DNA from: Lingula anatina
Taxonomy: Eukaryota > Animalia > Brachiopoda
DNA length: 64,000 nucleotides
Reading direction: 5' to 3'
Assembly: GCA_051362555.1 (NCBI GenBank)
Contig: CM120640.1
Coordinates: forward strand, 29,779,967-29,843,966
The notes beneath the pieces were generated by a model. That model was not told where the DNA came from. It searched no databases and saw nothing but the letters and a program-made list of their open reading frames with translations. Below, in pieces: positions 35,742-49,572 of this stretch. Position 1 is the first letter of the stretch; every line of letters begins with the position of its first letter. The position numbers and the translations under genes were made by a program.

Positions 35742-38193
35742 CAGCCATTCCACGAAAAAGGGTACAATTCTGAATATTACCTGTCGCAGCTTATTTTCGG
35801 TAGTAAAAGCATCTGCAATTTTGCTTTTTTTTACCCTTTTTTAGCAGGACCCGATGTGTTCTAAATACAACAATTAATATAGTACCACTTGCTTTGACGG
35901 GAACCCCAGGGGTCTATATGCCGCAAAAAGCACGATTTCGACGTGTCGCTTCGGTACTATAGCTTATTTGCCACAAGAAAAAGTTTATATTTTCCCATGT
36001 TTTAGTGTTTTTAGTCCTCAACTAATTTGAATTCATGTTTCTTTTTATCATACATGGTGTTCTCTGTCGAATTTGTTGGTTAGTTACGTCACTGTCATAG
36101 TTTAATCAATGTCGCTCAGTAACCCCTAACCTCCGTAACGCTTTTTTAAGTCAATGTAAGAATAAAAGAAAATGCTCTTAAATGGCCTTCCTGTGCATTT
36201 TTCAAACTCATAATACATGAAGTTTAATAAAACAGTGCTATTTGTTAATTTTGAATGATGCGTTCCATCATAGAGAATGTTAACTCACAAAAGTCGGGGT
36301 GTCGCATTTAAGAGCCTAACCTCAGTAACGGACCAAATTTGAAGAAAATGTTCCTTTAGGAAGTTAAAAATATCATTTTTGTTAAGCAAGGACCAACTTC
36401 TTCTTAAAAAATTCATTCAATAGTTATGCAAAGTTATCCCGAGGATAAAAACTGAAAAAGAATGCGTGTCACCTTACGTCCGTTATGCTAACCTCCGTTA
36501 CGAAAAAAAAATGACTGTTAATACTTTAAAACGTTATTTCTGTGGTTTTGTGAGTTAATTCTGATCATATAAGTAGTTCTACTTCTATGTTCTGATGTAG
36601 TATGCATTCATACTGCTTGCTGTTAAAGACATTACCCCGCATTAATATAGATATAAAATATACATATATAGCTGATAATTCTATCAAGAAAGGCTAATGA
36701 TTTAAGTTTTTACTCCAGTTTGCTATAAAATCGAGGGTAAATCGTGATTTGTTTTATCGAATTGATTTCCGTTTGTCACTTGACGATGCCTTTTTGAACT
36801 TATCATTCTAATTTTAAGCGAAATGAGTAGTTTTCAGGACTGTCTTGGCAAGAAAAATGGTACTAGCTGACATCAGTACTAACGTGCATGTAGCAGACAT
36901 TATTTTCGCGGGAGACGTATGGCGGGAGACATATGGCATTTATCAGGTAGAACTGCGGGATTATTAGGTCCTATTTTACTATTTCAGTAGCACATAATAG
37001 TTTTTATCATCTTCTAGATGCTTCCAGTAACTTTAAATGGACAGTTATTGGCAAACACGTGTCTATTGTCGGCCTACTTGATTGTATGCATCAACTTTCT
37101 CGGGTATTTTGTTGTTTTTTATTGCCTATAACTGCGATCATGTGCATGTAGATTTAATGTTTTGTTATACAGACACCAATATGCCACTTACAAATACAGA
37201 GCGACAAAAACACTACAGAGAAAGAAAAAAAATCTAATGACCGCGAAGCTTTTCTTGTGAAAGATTTTGAACGGTTTAAATGTATGACATAATTTAGACT
37301 AGAGTTTTAACTTACCTCTGTTACTAAGATTATAAATTAAACTCTTATTCTGGTAAAATATGGAATGTGAATTCTACAGATACATAGATCAACATATTAG
37401 CGGTGAAATGTATCCACTAGTGGTAAATGTATTTATGTAGTCCTTGAAAGTAAGCAAAACAACCCGTTGTAACCATTTGCCATTTAATGGTTTGAATAAA
37501 CATGTTTTATCAATTTTTCTATGTTATTATGTAAATTTGTCGTATCTGTAATACTATAAATTCAAAAATCAACTTCTAAAGTCTACCTTAAGCTAAAAAT
37601 ATCAAAACATCGCTGACCTATGTAGAATGACCTAACCTCCGTTACGAAATTACTCATTTTTCATTTGAACACTGGATATGTGTGTGCTCATTGATCAATG
37701 CTCATATCATAATAGATTGATAGCCCTTTGTTCATAAACAAATAGTATGATAAAAAAAGCAAGTCTGTCCCCAACGATTGATAAAATATTTAAATTGGAA
37801 TATCTCAGCCTTTGTATTTATAGAAAACGAGCCACTTATTACCAATATGTTTGCACCGCATTTTCTATAATTGAAGATAAATCTTAAATGGGCAATAATA
37901 TTTTGAATACATACAAAATCTTAATAATTGAATCAAATATGGAGCCTGTGACCTTTGGCATGATTGAAATATAACCTAATTTAGATGTTACCTAACCTCC
38001 GTAACGAAAAAAATACTGTACCATGTTTACACGTGCATATTTCTTTAAATACAGTAATGGTGTGGGTTAAAATTGTTCTACTACTCCCTGAATACCTCTT
38101 CATCAAAATAATATAAAAAGTTTTCCAGTTTTGCAAAGTTCATATCGCTGCATTTCTTGTTTTGGAATTGTACCCCTTTTCGTGGAATGGCTG
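35742..38193 (+). mobile_element. Internally deleted Sola1-like DNA transposon
   Basis: 29-bp TIRs CAGCCATTCCACGAAAArGGGTACAATTC, 4-bp TSD AAAT, five CTAACCTCmGTwACG motifs, relic start MPLTNTERQKHYRERKK at ~37182. Confidence 0.82.
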
Positions 38194-40459
38194 AAATCTA
38201 CTTTACTCGTTTTGGCCTTTAACTCTTTTTCATTCCCCTTTTTTAGCTAATCTATCTGCCACTGTGAAGAATATTTTAAGTGAACAATCTTTGTTCATAA
38301 GAAAAATGTGCCACAGGCTGCGGTGTCTGGTTTATGACGCTGTCTCAACCATGAATGTGACGGCCTCCGCAAAAACCACCCAATTGTGTTAGTGAAGCCT
38401 GGACTGGGGGAATAAAGATGTTATTCGAGTAATAATTCATGGATAGTGTTGGAAAGCTATTTTAGTTTAAGAGTTAATGTCGTGAATCTAACATATACTA
38501 TACTAGGCCTACCCAACTACCAGACCGGGCACCGAATGATCCTGAATTCACTGGTAGATCAGACGCCGCTAACCCCCCCCCCCCCCCACCCCCGTTCAGT
38601 GTAGAAAAAAACAATAGGGAAGAAAATATGGGGGGATGGATCTAGGTGTCATCTTCAAAACAACATTACTTGAAGAAATTCCTGGATGAATGCGTAGTGA
38701 AACTTCTTTTAATTTTTTTAAAGATTTTCGAAAAAGAGGAAGAACGATTATATTTCCTGAGAGGAAATGCTTCCAAATAACAGGAACAAACTAGACCGTT
38801 ACAGATGTATTCTTGAGTCTCTTGTGACAGGAAAAAGAATAAATTCATGTAGATAAAAGTTATGAAAAATAATTTTCAATAATTAATTTAAGCAGTACTT
38901 ACTAAGTTTGAAAAGATTTGAAACTTTATAAAGTATATTTTATTTACTGCCATTCCTTATATATGCCGATAATTAAAATGTATGCACCAGTGATAAGACT
39001 GAAAAAACCTAGGCATCTTTGTAGGAGAGACAATGCTGAACGGTCGAGCGATGTAAGGTACGCACGCAACTTTCCACGCACAGCAAACAACATGGTACGG
39101 AAAAAATAACAAATAAGATAAAATAATGGGTAAAAACTGAGCTTTAGAAATGGGAATTTTCATAATTTGACCTAAAGGGATGGATTAAGACAACCAAATC
39201 CTCAGACAGGCAATTTTTTGTCTCTGCGTCTGCTTGTCCGTATCACAATTTGATTGACGTTTGTTTATATAATCTGTCTATCAAGCTGTTATTACCTGAC
39301 GGGATCGTCAAAACTGAATGATTTGATTTGCACGTTGTCGATCAAATAGTGAAGGAAGCTGGAACTTTACATGCTCGACAACTGTAGTTATCAACTGCGT
39401 AATTATTGTGATTGACGTTTATCAAAGTCGTGTGCTTTTGACAGCTTCCGTCAAAGTTGAATTAAACCGTATGAGTTTGATTGGCACCTGTCTATCACAA
39501 CACTTTTGTTACTTTTATTTAAATAGTACATTTTGCCATCCAGCTCTATCCAGTCTCAATTCCTACCCGTTCTGATACACTGTAGATACGTCTTGACAGA
39601 TACCTCTTGACAAATAACGACACCCGACACTATAAACCCATAAATGCACCGATAAATGCACGTGCCATCAGAATAATGAGCCTAGAGTCTGTTTTGAAAA
39701 TGGAACATCTTTAATAGAAATCACAACCCAGAGAGTACATGGTATCTGATAAAATAACAGTATAGATCACAGCCGCACGCACTGAAACACCAGTTGTCGT
39801 CATAGATAAATGTTCTGACAAGCTCACCTTATTTACTTGTAATTTAATAAAGATTATTTCTTGTAATTAAACATCAATTACCATTATTTGAGGGCCATGG
39901 GGAAGACACATTTATCATGTTTTACCCTCAGTAACTAAATTTTAATGACTAAATAAAAACTTCGCCTTGATATTTATTATAGAAAGCATTAATTTACCCT
40001 CGACCTTGAAGTCTTCAATGTTACTTTATTCTTTATTCAGCCTTGTGCTGTGTGAAAAATAAACATACGGAGATATTTGGGTCCTAAACGTATACTAATA
40101 TCCGTAAAAACATGTAATTTGATGACATAAAATTGGAAATTTACCTTTCACAACATGCGTCCTTACTCTGAAATACTGGTAGAGACGGAGAACATCGGTT
40201 TTTCACGCGTATGGACTGGTATTTTAATTTGATGCTTGGGAGGGTAGGGGGTAACATCTTCAACTTTGCAAAAGTAATATTCTAAGAGTAGGTATTGTAG
40301 CTGAATTTTCGTTCGCAAAGATATAAAAACACTATTTGGAAGTGTTGTTCGTACTCTGGTTATCACAGCCCCATACAAGGTATTTTGCTTGCCCTTGAAA
40401 GCCACTTTTTACCTCCCAAGATGCGTGAAACGTTCATTTTATTTAGCGTGAAGCACCCC

Positions 40460-40635
40460 ATTCCTGTGACTCGTGAATGCGGCTTTTTTATTTTCCGTTA
40501 TTCGTGAAACAAAGTCATATTTATGGGCGGTGATTCGTGATTCTTGATTTTTGACGCGCAATTTCAGTGAGTATAGTTTTATTTACTGTGATTTGTGAAC
40601 TAATGATTTTATTTCCCGTGAATTGTGATCACCCC
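40460..40635 (+). repeat. CGTGA-rich dispersed repeat, copy 2
   Basis: Homologous to 29795-30035. Confidence 0.65.
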
Positions 40636-42620
40636 CCCCCCCCCCCCCCCCTCGGTGGTGCCCTCTCATACGGCAGCTGGGCTGTATCCTCACGAGGGAG
40701 GTGAGAATATTTACACCTAGTCTGAATCAGTAAACAAAAAACGCATCTTGTCTTCTCTAACACAACCCAGCACCGGTGATTTTTTTTTTTCTGGGGGGTG
40801 GGGGGGGGGGGAGGAAACATAGCCAAATAATTTGATATCAGATGTAGATGTATGATGATAGAAAGCCTAAATCACCATCCTGGGATTAGGACCCATTGCG
40901 CCATATCAAAAAACAAAAACAAGTTTAAATCGAAACTTGCGTTCAAAAAGCGGGTGTCCTGTACATTATTATGTAATACAAGTGAGCATTTCGGTGAGAG
41001 GTGTTCAGGTAGGACCAAGGTCAGTAGAAGATGGAGAAGACAGAGGTTCTTGGTACGTTGCTGCAATTTCCACATGTAGGCCAAAAATTTAGCACAGAAA
41101 ATGACAGGAAGCTGCCGTGGTATTGTATAGGTAATATAAGATAACGCTGTGTATTTTGTGTAGACGACGTTTGCCCAAATGATGCGTTTCGCACAGGGAC
41201 ATTTTAGTCCTTATGACTGTGGGAACATTACACTTATGTCCAATACACTCTCCATTAGAATTTGCAAAATCAGCTCAAATTTTGAATGATTTATTTTCTG
41301 TAATTTCAGAGAAGGAAGGCACTTGCCAATAAGGAAGTGAGAGGCTTATTGCAGCTGTCCAAAGGAACAAGTCAACAAGTAAGACGACTGGGTAGGTATC
41401 TACATTCTCCTAATTGTTTTTTGGCATGGCCATTGACCTGTTTTTAAAGTATCAAAAAATCTTGTATATGAAAGTAAACTTCAAACAGACAAATGCACGT
41501 TCAGTAACAAGATGTTGAACTATTGTGTCATTGCATTCCTGGAAACGATGGGACCAGGTTGGGGAGGTGAGGGGTGGGAGGGTGGGCGGGGGTACAGTGT
41601 CCTTCCCTTAATTTAAGAGGTATCCCTTCTCCCTTCCAAATTAACAAATTAAAACAAGAACAAGAACTAATGAAAAGCGGAAAAATTGTAAATGGCACGA
41701 AACTAGACGAAATCCAGCTAATGTATCCTCGTATTCTCGCCCCCTCCGCCTGAAAAACGTGGCTTGGTCAGTGAAAATGTGCCTAGATAATGTCTTTTTT
41801 TAGATACTGTCAATTTTAAACTAATTGGGCCCATCTGCCAAATGTTTTCATTCACTGGCTCTCATTTCCGTGAATATTTCTGTTATCCGGACGCCTGGTC
41901 CTTTCATATGACATCTTACATATGAATGCAAAGAAGTATGTTGTCATTAAACAGTGCGCACAGGGTAGAATAGAACAGGAATGGCACAATAATGTTTTGT
42001 TAACATAATCCCTTGTGTTCCAAAATAGCATGCTGTAAAGATATACACATACTGCTTCATCAAACTGTGTCGTGAATGTGATTTTCTTCGTTTATTTCAG
42101 TGACTCCCAACCGCTGTTTACCGGGTGATTGGATGCGTCGCCGATCACAGACATCAGATTCATGTTGGACATCGCCTGCGCCCATGCCAAGATTGTCTCG
42201 CTTGTTGAAGTTTGTCTTGTAGTTTATTTGCAGAGTTGACATTTGATATGAAATGTAATCTTTGCCTTGGATAGTAATATTCTGCATAAAATTTGTATAA
42301 AATAATTGTTGTACGCAGCAAGAATTTTTAACGAAACTTCTGATCAGAGAAAAAGAAAGAAATGAATGGCGTCGACCCTGCATGTCGCTGGTTATATAAT
42401 ATAGATTTGTTTCTAAATCATAGTACAGTATTTTATCCGCTCATATCGTTTCAAGGTATTTTATTTATTATGTATATTTATTATTGTGTCGGAAGGAAGT
42501 ACCCATCAATTCTCAAACAAAAATACGGCACTTTTTGGAGTTCACCTTTAACAAAATAATTTTAACTCAAAAAGTATTTTGCTGAAATGATGGATGAAAA
42601 CAAAAATGATAGTTATCAAA

Positions 42621-42662
<42 letters not shown>

Positions 42663-44499
42663 GCGATTTTTAGGTAGAGTACTGCGCCAGTACTATTGAT
42701 TTTCTAGTTGAAGGTAAAAATTGTCTGTGGGCAAATCTTCAATTAGTCACTTAGATGTGCATTTGAGGATATTTGAAATATTTATTTTGAATTAAATTGA
42801 ATTGAATTCTGAGATTCCGATAAGAAAAATATCTCAACTTCATTACTTGAAACTTTTGAGACACAAATGGTTTCATACAGTGACCGTTAAGTTTGAGAAA
42901 TGAACAAGTTGTTAATTAAAAATAACTTACAAACACTTCAAGTTATAATGCTTTGGACATTACAGCGTTAGGAAAATGATTAAATTTGTCCACGTGATTG
43001 CAGAATTGCCCATGTATAAGAAACAATCCTTTTTAAATTGCGGACATACGTTTGTGACGCATGTTAAGAATGAACTTACTTTGGTTTCGGTGTTTTGATA
43101 TTGTGTCTGATCAGTGACAGATACACATTTACTGTGCATGAAGGGGTCTAAAACAATGTTAAGAAAATGAAACCAGGAGAGAAATAGGGATTTTCACGAA
43201 ATTACTGCGCATTCGTTATCGCAGTAGGGGAATACATGTTACCAACGTGATAAAAATTGTCCCTTCTTGGGGCCACCAAAATTTATCAGCATTGCGTGAG
43301 CTCATTTGTGTGTTGTTCGACTTTTTGCCAATATCGCAAAGCAGAAATGTAAGTGCTCCCCTGGAAAACGTCTTTGTTCATATGCATGAAAATATCTATT
43401 ATTGATTAATATTTCTTTGGTTGTGATTGAGGGGTGATTGAGAGAAAAAGGTCTGATTAGATGCCAGTCCTGCGCGTCTTGTTGGGGTATTTTTGCTAAG
43501 TGTTTCTTGATCACTGAGCACCGGAGACCAGAGTAAGGGTGTTAGCATTTATGGATTAATGAATTTTAAGTCACCGTTTTTCTTTCTGCGTAATCTTTTC
43601 AGTTTTGTTTGTATATTTTTCTTAAATTGTCATGACTAGAATAAGCTTGGAAATTGACCATGTCTTTATGCCGTTCCTGATTCGCATGTGTGCAAATTTA
43701 AGTTTTCGCTCAAATTCGTGCCATTAACCTACCAATATTAAGGATGTAATGAAATGAAAACAAAATAACGTAAAACACTCGATTCTTAAAATGACTATTT
43801 TGGTCTACCTTTTTCTGTGCGAGAATCAGCATGACGGCATACGAACAAGGTGTGCGAGAGTGCGAGAGGACGTGAGACGCCTATGTGAGATTATATGCAT
43901 TTTGGAATTTCGATATCATTCACACCACTGAAATTGGACACTTTGTTCCTCAATGGAATTAGTAATCAACCATAACGTCAACTTTGAACATTTGATATGA
44001 AAAGTACGATATGATTGGCCTTTCAATTAATCTACCAGTCCTGGTCATTTTTTTTTATATGAATTTTGTTTTAGTAAGAGTTATGTCGAAATTCTCTTTT
44101 ATATAAATAGATAGAATTTGTTGTTTGAGCTGCAATTTCCAAAGTGCATAAAATTCTTCATATGTGTTAGTTATTCTACTACCTGATAGACTTCTTGTAT
44201 ATTTTTTGTAAAAGCATAATTTATAGAATTTTTTAGAAATTTGACGCTATTGTAATGGTTGCTATCAACGTAGAAAAAACGTAACTTCACGTATTTTGTT
44301 TTGTATAAAACTTCGTTGAAATTACTTAGAATTTGTTGAAACAATAAATAATAAAAATATTGTACATATATTTGTATGTTGAATTCCCTTTCATTTTTCA
44401 CCTTCTGTTCCCTTTAGCTCTCGTTCTCTAGTTCACAGGTCTTACCTATAGAACCTCTTGTATTAGTTTACCTTGATTATTTGAATATTTTTTTTGCAA

Positions 44500-44595
44500 A
44501 AGGTAACTTGCTGGGACCCAGGAGCGCCAGGTTTCGAACTTGGGACTCTTTGACTCAGAGGCAAGCGCGTTACCTACTCCTCTAACTGTTCCCAC
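44500..44595 (-). mobile_element. tRNA-derived SINE head
   Basis: Minus strand shows A-box-like AGGAGTAGGTAACGCGC, anticodon-like arm CTTGCCTCTGAGTCAAAG and B-box GTTCGAAACC; no complete cloverleaf. Confidence 0.45.
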
Positions 44596-47279
44596 CCACC
44601 CTCCCCGAGAAGACTTTCCTCTTATAGTAACCAAAGGGAAATTTCTGCAAAGCCCCTTGAAAAGTATTCAATGATTTCCAAGTACCCGAACCAAGAAACG
44701 AACCCAAACCCGAGGGGTGCCACTGAGTCAATGAAATTATTGTAGTAACCTAAGTAAACGTTATAAAAAATCGTAATACATTAAAGACATTTTAGAAACG
44801 TAAGACAAGTTTGAAGCCCAACCCCAGGTTGCCTCTGAGAAACGCAACCGTCAAAGAAATAACTAAGACATTTTGTATATTTGGAAAGTCTTTATTTAGT
44901 GCCAAACAACTATGTATTAATTATATCTAAGTATTTCAATGTAAAACTACCAAGTTTAAGAACACTTAAATCACTACTTAATCACTTTGAATATCTGTAA
45001 GACATGCATGTAAGACAAAGTTATATCTCAAAGGTGTAGCATATACAACAAATGTATTACATTTCGCCAATAAACGGTCAACTTAACTACTCGTTTATGG
45101 TTTGGTGTTATCAATATCTACAAGCATTTCTTTAAAGAATCAGAACACATTTGAGAAATTGACAGTAATTAAAAAGATATAAAGTAGTTCATCAATTATC
45201 ACACAAAATGTATGCGTCACTGACTAATAAGATCAATAACTTGTGACTATTTCTATATTTACATGATGTATTTGATTTATTATTACCATAGCATAAAACA
45301 TGGAAAAAGGAACATATCATGAAAATCGCTGTCGAGAATATATATTAGTAAATTGTTGTAACTTTCAAATGATCTTTCCAAACACTCACTTTTGTCTTAT
45401 GAAAAAATATGTAAAATTGAGCTATTTAAGCTTTTCTGGACAATCAAAAGTTTCCATATTTATGCGTATTTTATTCGCACGACAACGTAACACCAAGTCA
45501 CCCCTCGTTACCTTGCTGGTACTTTCGCCCTAAAAGTTCGGAAACATCGTTATTTTAAATAGTTATAAAATAACCATTATTAGTACGATTAATATTTTAA
45601 CCAAATATTGTTGGTTAATGAATCCACAATTTGTTAATCTTTATTTACACAAAAGATTTTCCCAACACATTACCTATTTTTTTTTTATTATTGAAAAACA
45701 ATTTCACGTTTCCGAACTTTCTTGGCCGCGTGTAGCATAACCAACAATCTCACAGGGTCGCTAATTCCATGTGCACTTTTCTCTGACAAATGCAGGTCAG
45801 AAAAATCCCATCGTTTAACTAGAAACATATCTGTGAAAACGTGCATCAAGTGAAAAACCAATCTGTGGCCCTGGTAGAGGGTAATCATTATTGTGGTACC
45901 ATTTAAAAAAGGCCACGGTGGCAAACTTGAAGGTCTTTCGAAAATAGAGCACGTTGAAAGGCATAAGGGGCAGATATCTTTACTGAAATAAACCAATGAC
46001 GACCAAGCAGGCTTAAACACGCCATGTTTCTAGTACCCAATGCTTTATTTTAAAGGTATCAACATCAGGTATCAACAGACAATTAACATTTGTTTGAAAC
46101 AGTATTTTGCGCTATCAGTTCGCCCCCTATGCCTTGAAGGGTTGACATTGTTGGCCAGTGAACCCACAATTTTTAAAGCTCCCGTCACACAAAAATCTGT
46201 ACAGTGTAGCTTATATTCAACGGACTGAAATAGTACAACTGGACTAGTGAAATCGTGCCAAAATTAGAAATGGAAGTGCAATACTTATACAGTGTACCTA
46301 CTGTCTGTTATGCCTTTTTATTTCAACCTCCAACCGCTTACTACAAATATTTACATGTCAGTAAATAGGAATTTAAATGGGAGATTCCACAGCATTTCCC
46401 CTTTTTTGTCTGCTTTTTGTAAATATACTCCTGGTACGTCTTCAACTGACGATACTTTTTCTTCTAACGAAGTCCGAAATAGTTTTCATTTCCATAGGAC
46501 GTGATAAGGTGAAGTTATGGAGGAAGCAAAATGTTGTGGAGGAAACACTGGGGAATGGCCAAACCATTTTCATGCATGCACGCGTCACAGTATTTCTTAT
46601 AAAATTAAGTACAAAATAAGTGAACATTAAATCCCTAACACTGATATATTGAAACGTTATACCGAATTGGTTGAAACATAAATATTCGTATACTTAGTTT
46701 CCAGATTGCCTCGCATCCACTCCCTGATCACGTAAGGTGTAACAACTCTTCCCAGTGAGTAGGTTCAATTTGCTTTATGGGGGAGGGGCTAAAGCTTTTC
46801 TGTCCAACCCTCACCCTTATCTGACGAACAAAACTTAATAAAAATTTACTAAAATCAAAATGCATATATATAGTGCATTTGTGTTAAATACATTTCAAAA
46901 AGAAACAAGAAGAAAACACCCGAAATGAAATAATAATATGTAGGTCAATGGCGATTCTAAATTGGTCCACTGCTTTTATCTGAACAGTTTTTGCCATGTT
47001 TGACAAGCTGGGCACTACTAGGAAAATATGATCGTCTCTGTTGCAATAACTACCTACCACATTATGATATAAACATGCTGCATGTAGCTGTAGCCTATAT
47101 GACATCTACGTATTTGTATGTCCACACATGAATCTACAGTGTATGTTCAAGTGTATGTGAGCAAAAATCTAATAAGGTTGGTTTTTAAACGTTAGACCTA
47201 CATCTGTGTTTCAGTCTAGAAAGAGCAACTTGATTATGGTTGAGGTAAGCTTATCTGTTTATGGTGTGTAATTCAAGTG

Positions 47280-48050
47280 AATTTTTGAGATAAGTGAAGA
47301 CTAGACATAAAAGACTGGCAAATTCTATGGATAAAAACAGTTAAATGTTTTAAATTAAAATAATAATGACAAATTAAGTCCAATGATTGTGACACTTGTA
47401 CAACTAAAGCTTAACAACATTATAAATCTGAGACAAGCTAATCAGTTGATTGTGATTTTTTTGGACAACATTCAGAAAACTGATAATTACATTAAGAAAA
47501 CAAGCAAATTACATGGCTTACAATAGTTAAGCATTAATAATTTTGACAAATCTAGTCCATTATTTGTGATACTTGTACAAATGCTGCTTAACAGCAACAG
47601 AAATGTGATAAGCTCATCAGTTACACTGTGTGATTACTGATGACTGTGTAACTGCATATTTTTAAAACATTTTAAAAGAGTGAAAATTACATTTAAAAAA
47701 CTGCTAAATTCAACAGATTAAAATAGGTAAACGTTAATAACTCTGCGAGATGTACTGTCATGTTTGTAAAACTTATACAACTGTGGCTTAATTAGCAACT
47801 GAAATAATCTAAAATAAGCTGATAAGTTAACTGTATGTAATGAAAGTAATATTTAGGACAACATATTTGAGAAAACTGATAACAACTATAAAAAACTGGC
47901 AAATTCCATGGATAAAAATAGTTTTAAAAATCTAGTCCAATGTTTGTGAAATGTATACCACTTAAGTAAAAAAAAAAAAAAAACAAGTTAATCTGCTATG
48001 TGTAATTAAAGTGTTTTTTTTTTCACAATTCATTTGAGAAAGGTGAAAAC
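47280..48050 (+). repeat. Degenerate older monomers of the 195-bp satellite
   Basis: GATAAGCTCATCAGTT at ~47607; ACTGGCAAATTCyATGGATAAAAA at ~47314 and ~47895; TTTGAGAAAACTGA. Confidence 0.75.
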
Positions 48051-49572
48051 CAGCTGGAGTAAGCACATTCTTATAGAAACAAAAAAAAAGGAAACCACCT
48101 TAAGTGTTGTGCTTGACAAAATACGGTAAACAACAGTTCTCAATTTTTTGAAGAATACATATATTACAATTCATAACAAATTGTGGGGAGAAGTAAAGTT
48201 CAAATTCAAGGTTGCAAAAAGAATGAGAATATAGGACTTCCCATCGTAGTTCAATTGTATATATCAGAGCTTGGAAATTTGAAAAGTGCGCTTCATGGCT
48301 AAAAGTAGGTCAAGGGTCAAATTCAAGGCCACAGGAAGACTGTCAACACATGAGTTCTTATTCAAGTTCGGTAGTATCTGTGGGCATGCCAGATTTGGAG
48401 ACAGAAGGGACAGAAAATTTGCAAAGTTCAGTTCATGGTAAAAAGTAGGTCTAGGGTCAAGTTCAAGGTCACAGTTAGATTGCCAATGTATGACTATGGG
48501 CATATCTCTGCCAGTTTTGGAGATATATTGATGGAAAACCTGCAAAGTTCAGTTCATGGTGGAAAGTGGGCAAAAGTAAATTTCAAGGTCATATATTGCC
48601 AGTATATTACTTCCTGTTCAAGTTAAATAGTAACTTTGGGCATGTATCTGGCAGTTTTGGAGATATAAGTGACAAAAAAGTTGCAAAGTTCAGTTCATGG
48701 TGAAAAGTACTGTAGGTCAGAGGTCAAATTCAAGGTGACTGATTACCAGTATGTGACTTCCTATTCAAGTTTTATAGTAACTGTGGGCATATCTCTGGCA
48801 GTTTTGGAAATATAAGGGACAGAGAGATGTAAAGTTCAGTTCAAATTGAAAATTAGGTCAAAGGTCAATCTCAAGGCGACAGATTGCAAGTATATGACTT
48901 CCTATTGAAGGTCTATAGTAACTATGGGGGTACCTCTAATTTTGGAGTTATTTCACATTTTATTTTCACCAAATTAATGGATATTGCAACATTGTACTTT
49001 CTGATATGGTGCAACTCGTATACCATATGGAAAACAAAAACAGACACCATCCCCAGTGTTGTGCTTGACAAGATCTATAAAATGCACTAAACAAAAGGTT
49101 TCTAACATTTATGGTTCCAGGATTAGAGATTGCAGTCAAGAATCTGGCTGCATCTCCCATAAAAATGCACCAACTGACCCCAAACTCACGAAGATGAAAG
49201 ATAACCCTAAGGGTAATACCTGCCCATAATATTATAGGATAGGTCTGTGTAGATTCAGAAAATCAGCATGAATGAAAAAAAATTTTAAAGAAAATTTTGG
49301 CCCATTTAACCTTAAATGGGCATATTTTAAATCCCACATACCACTTTCAGTCATCCATAGAAACTTTTCCTGCAATGCCTTCAGTTTGGGAGATATTTTG
49401 CATTTCATTTTGCAAATTTTGAACAAGGGTGCAATGTGACGAACACCACACCTACACCCCAGCACCGCGCACCCAAAATTCACATGGATCAAGTTGAGAT
49501 TATATCTGACCTACATACAAGAGATGGATACATGGGCTCTTACAGATTAAGAGGAGAACAAGTAACAGTGAC
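48051..49572 (-). mobile_element. Older inverted copy of the HINE at 25172-27499
   Basis: CAGCTGGAGTAAGCACATTCTTATAGA matches the reverse complement of ~27429-27456; 49493-49570 matches the reverse complement of 25275-25350; 4-5 decayed 146-bp units. Confidence 0.85.

Noticed and set aside
44500-44595. Functional tRNA gene
   Set aside because: No acceptor stem or terminator; better explained as a SINE head.
40980-47250. Several GC-richer patches with short ORFs or splice-like sites (41310, 42060, 43300, 45690, 46400, 46900)
   Set aside because: No recognisable motif in the frames examined and frequent stops; cannot be supported without a database search.
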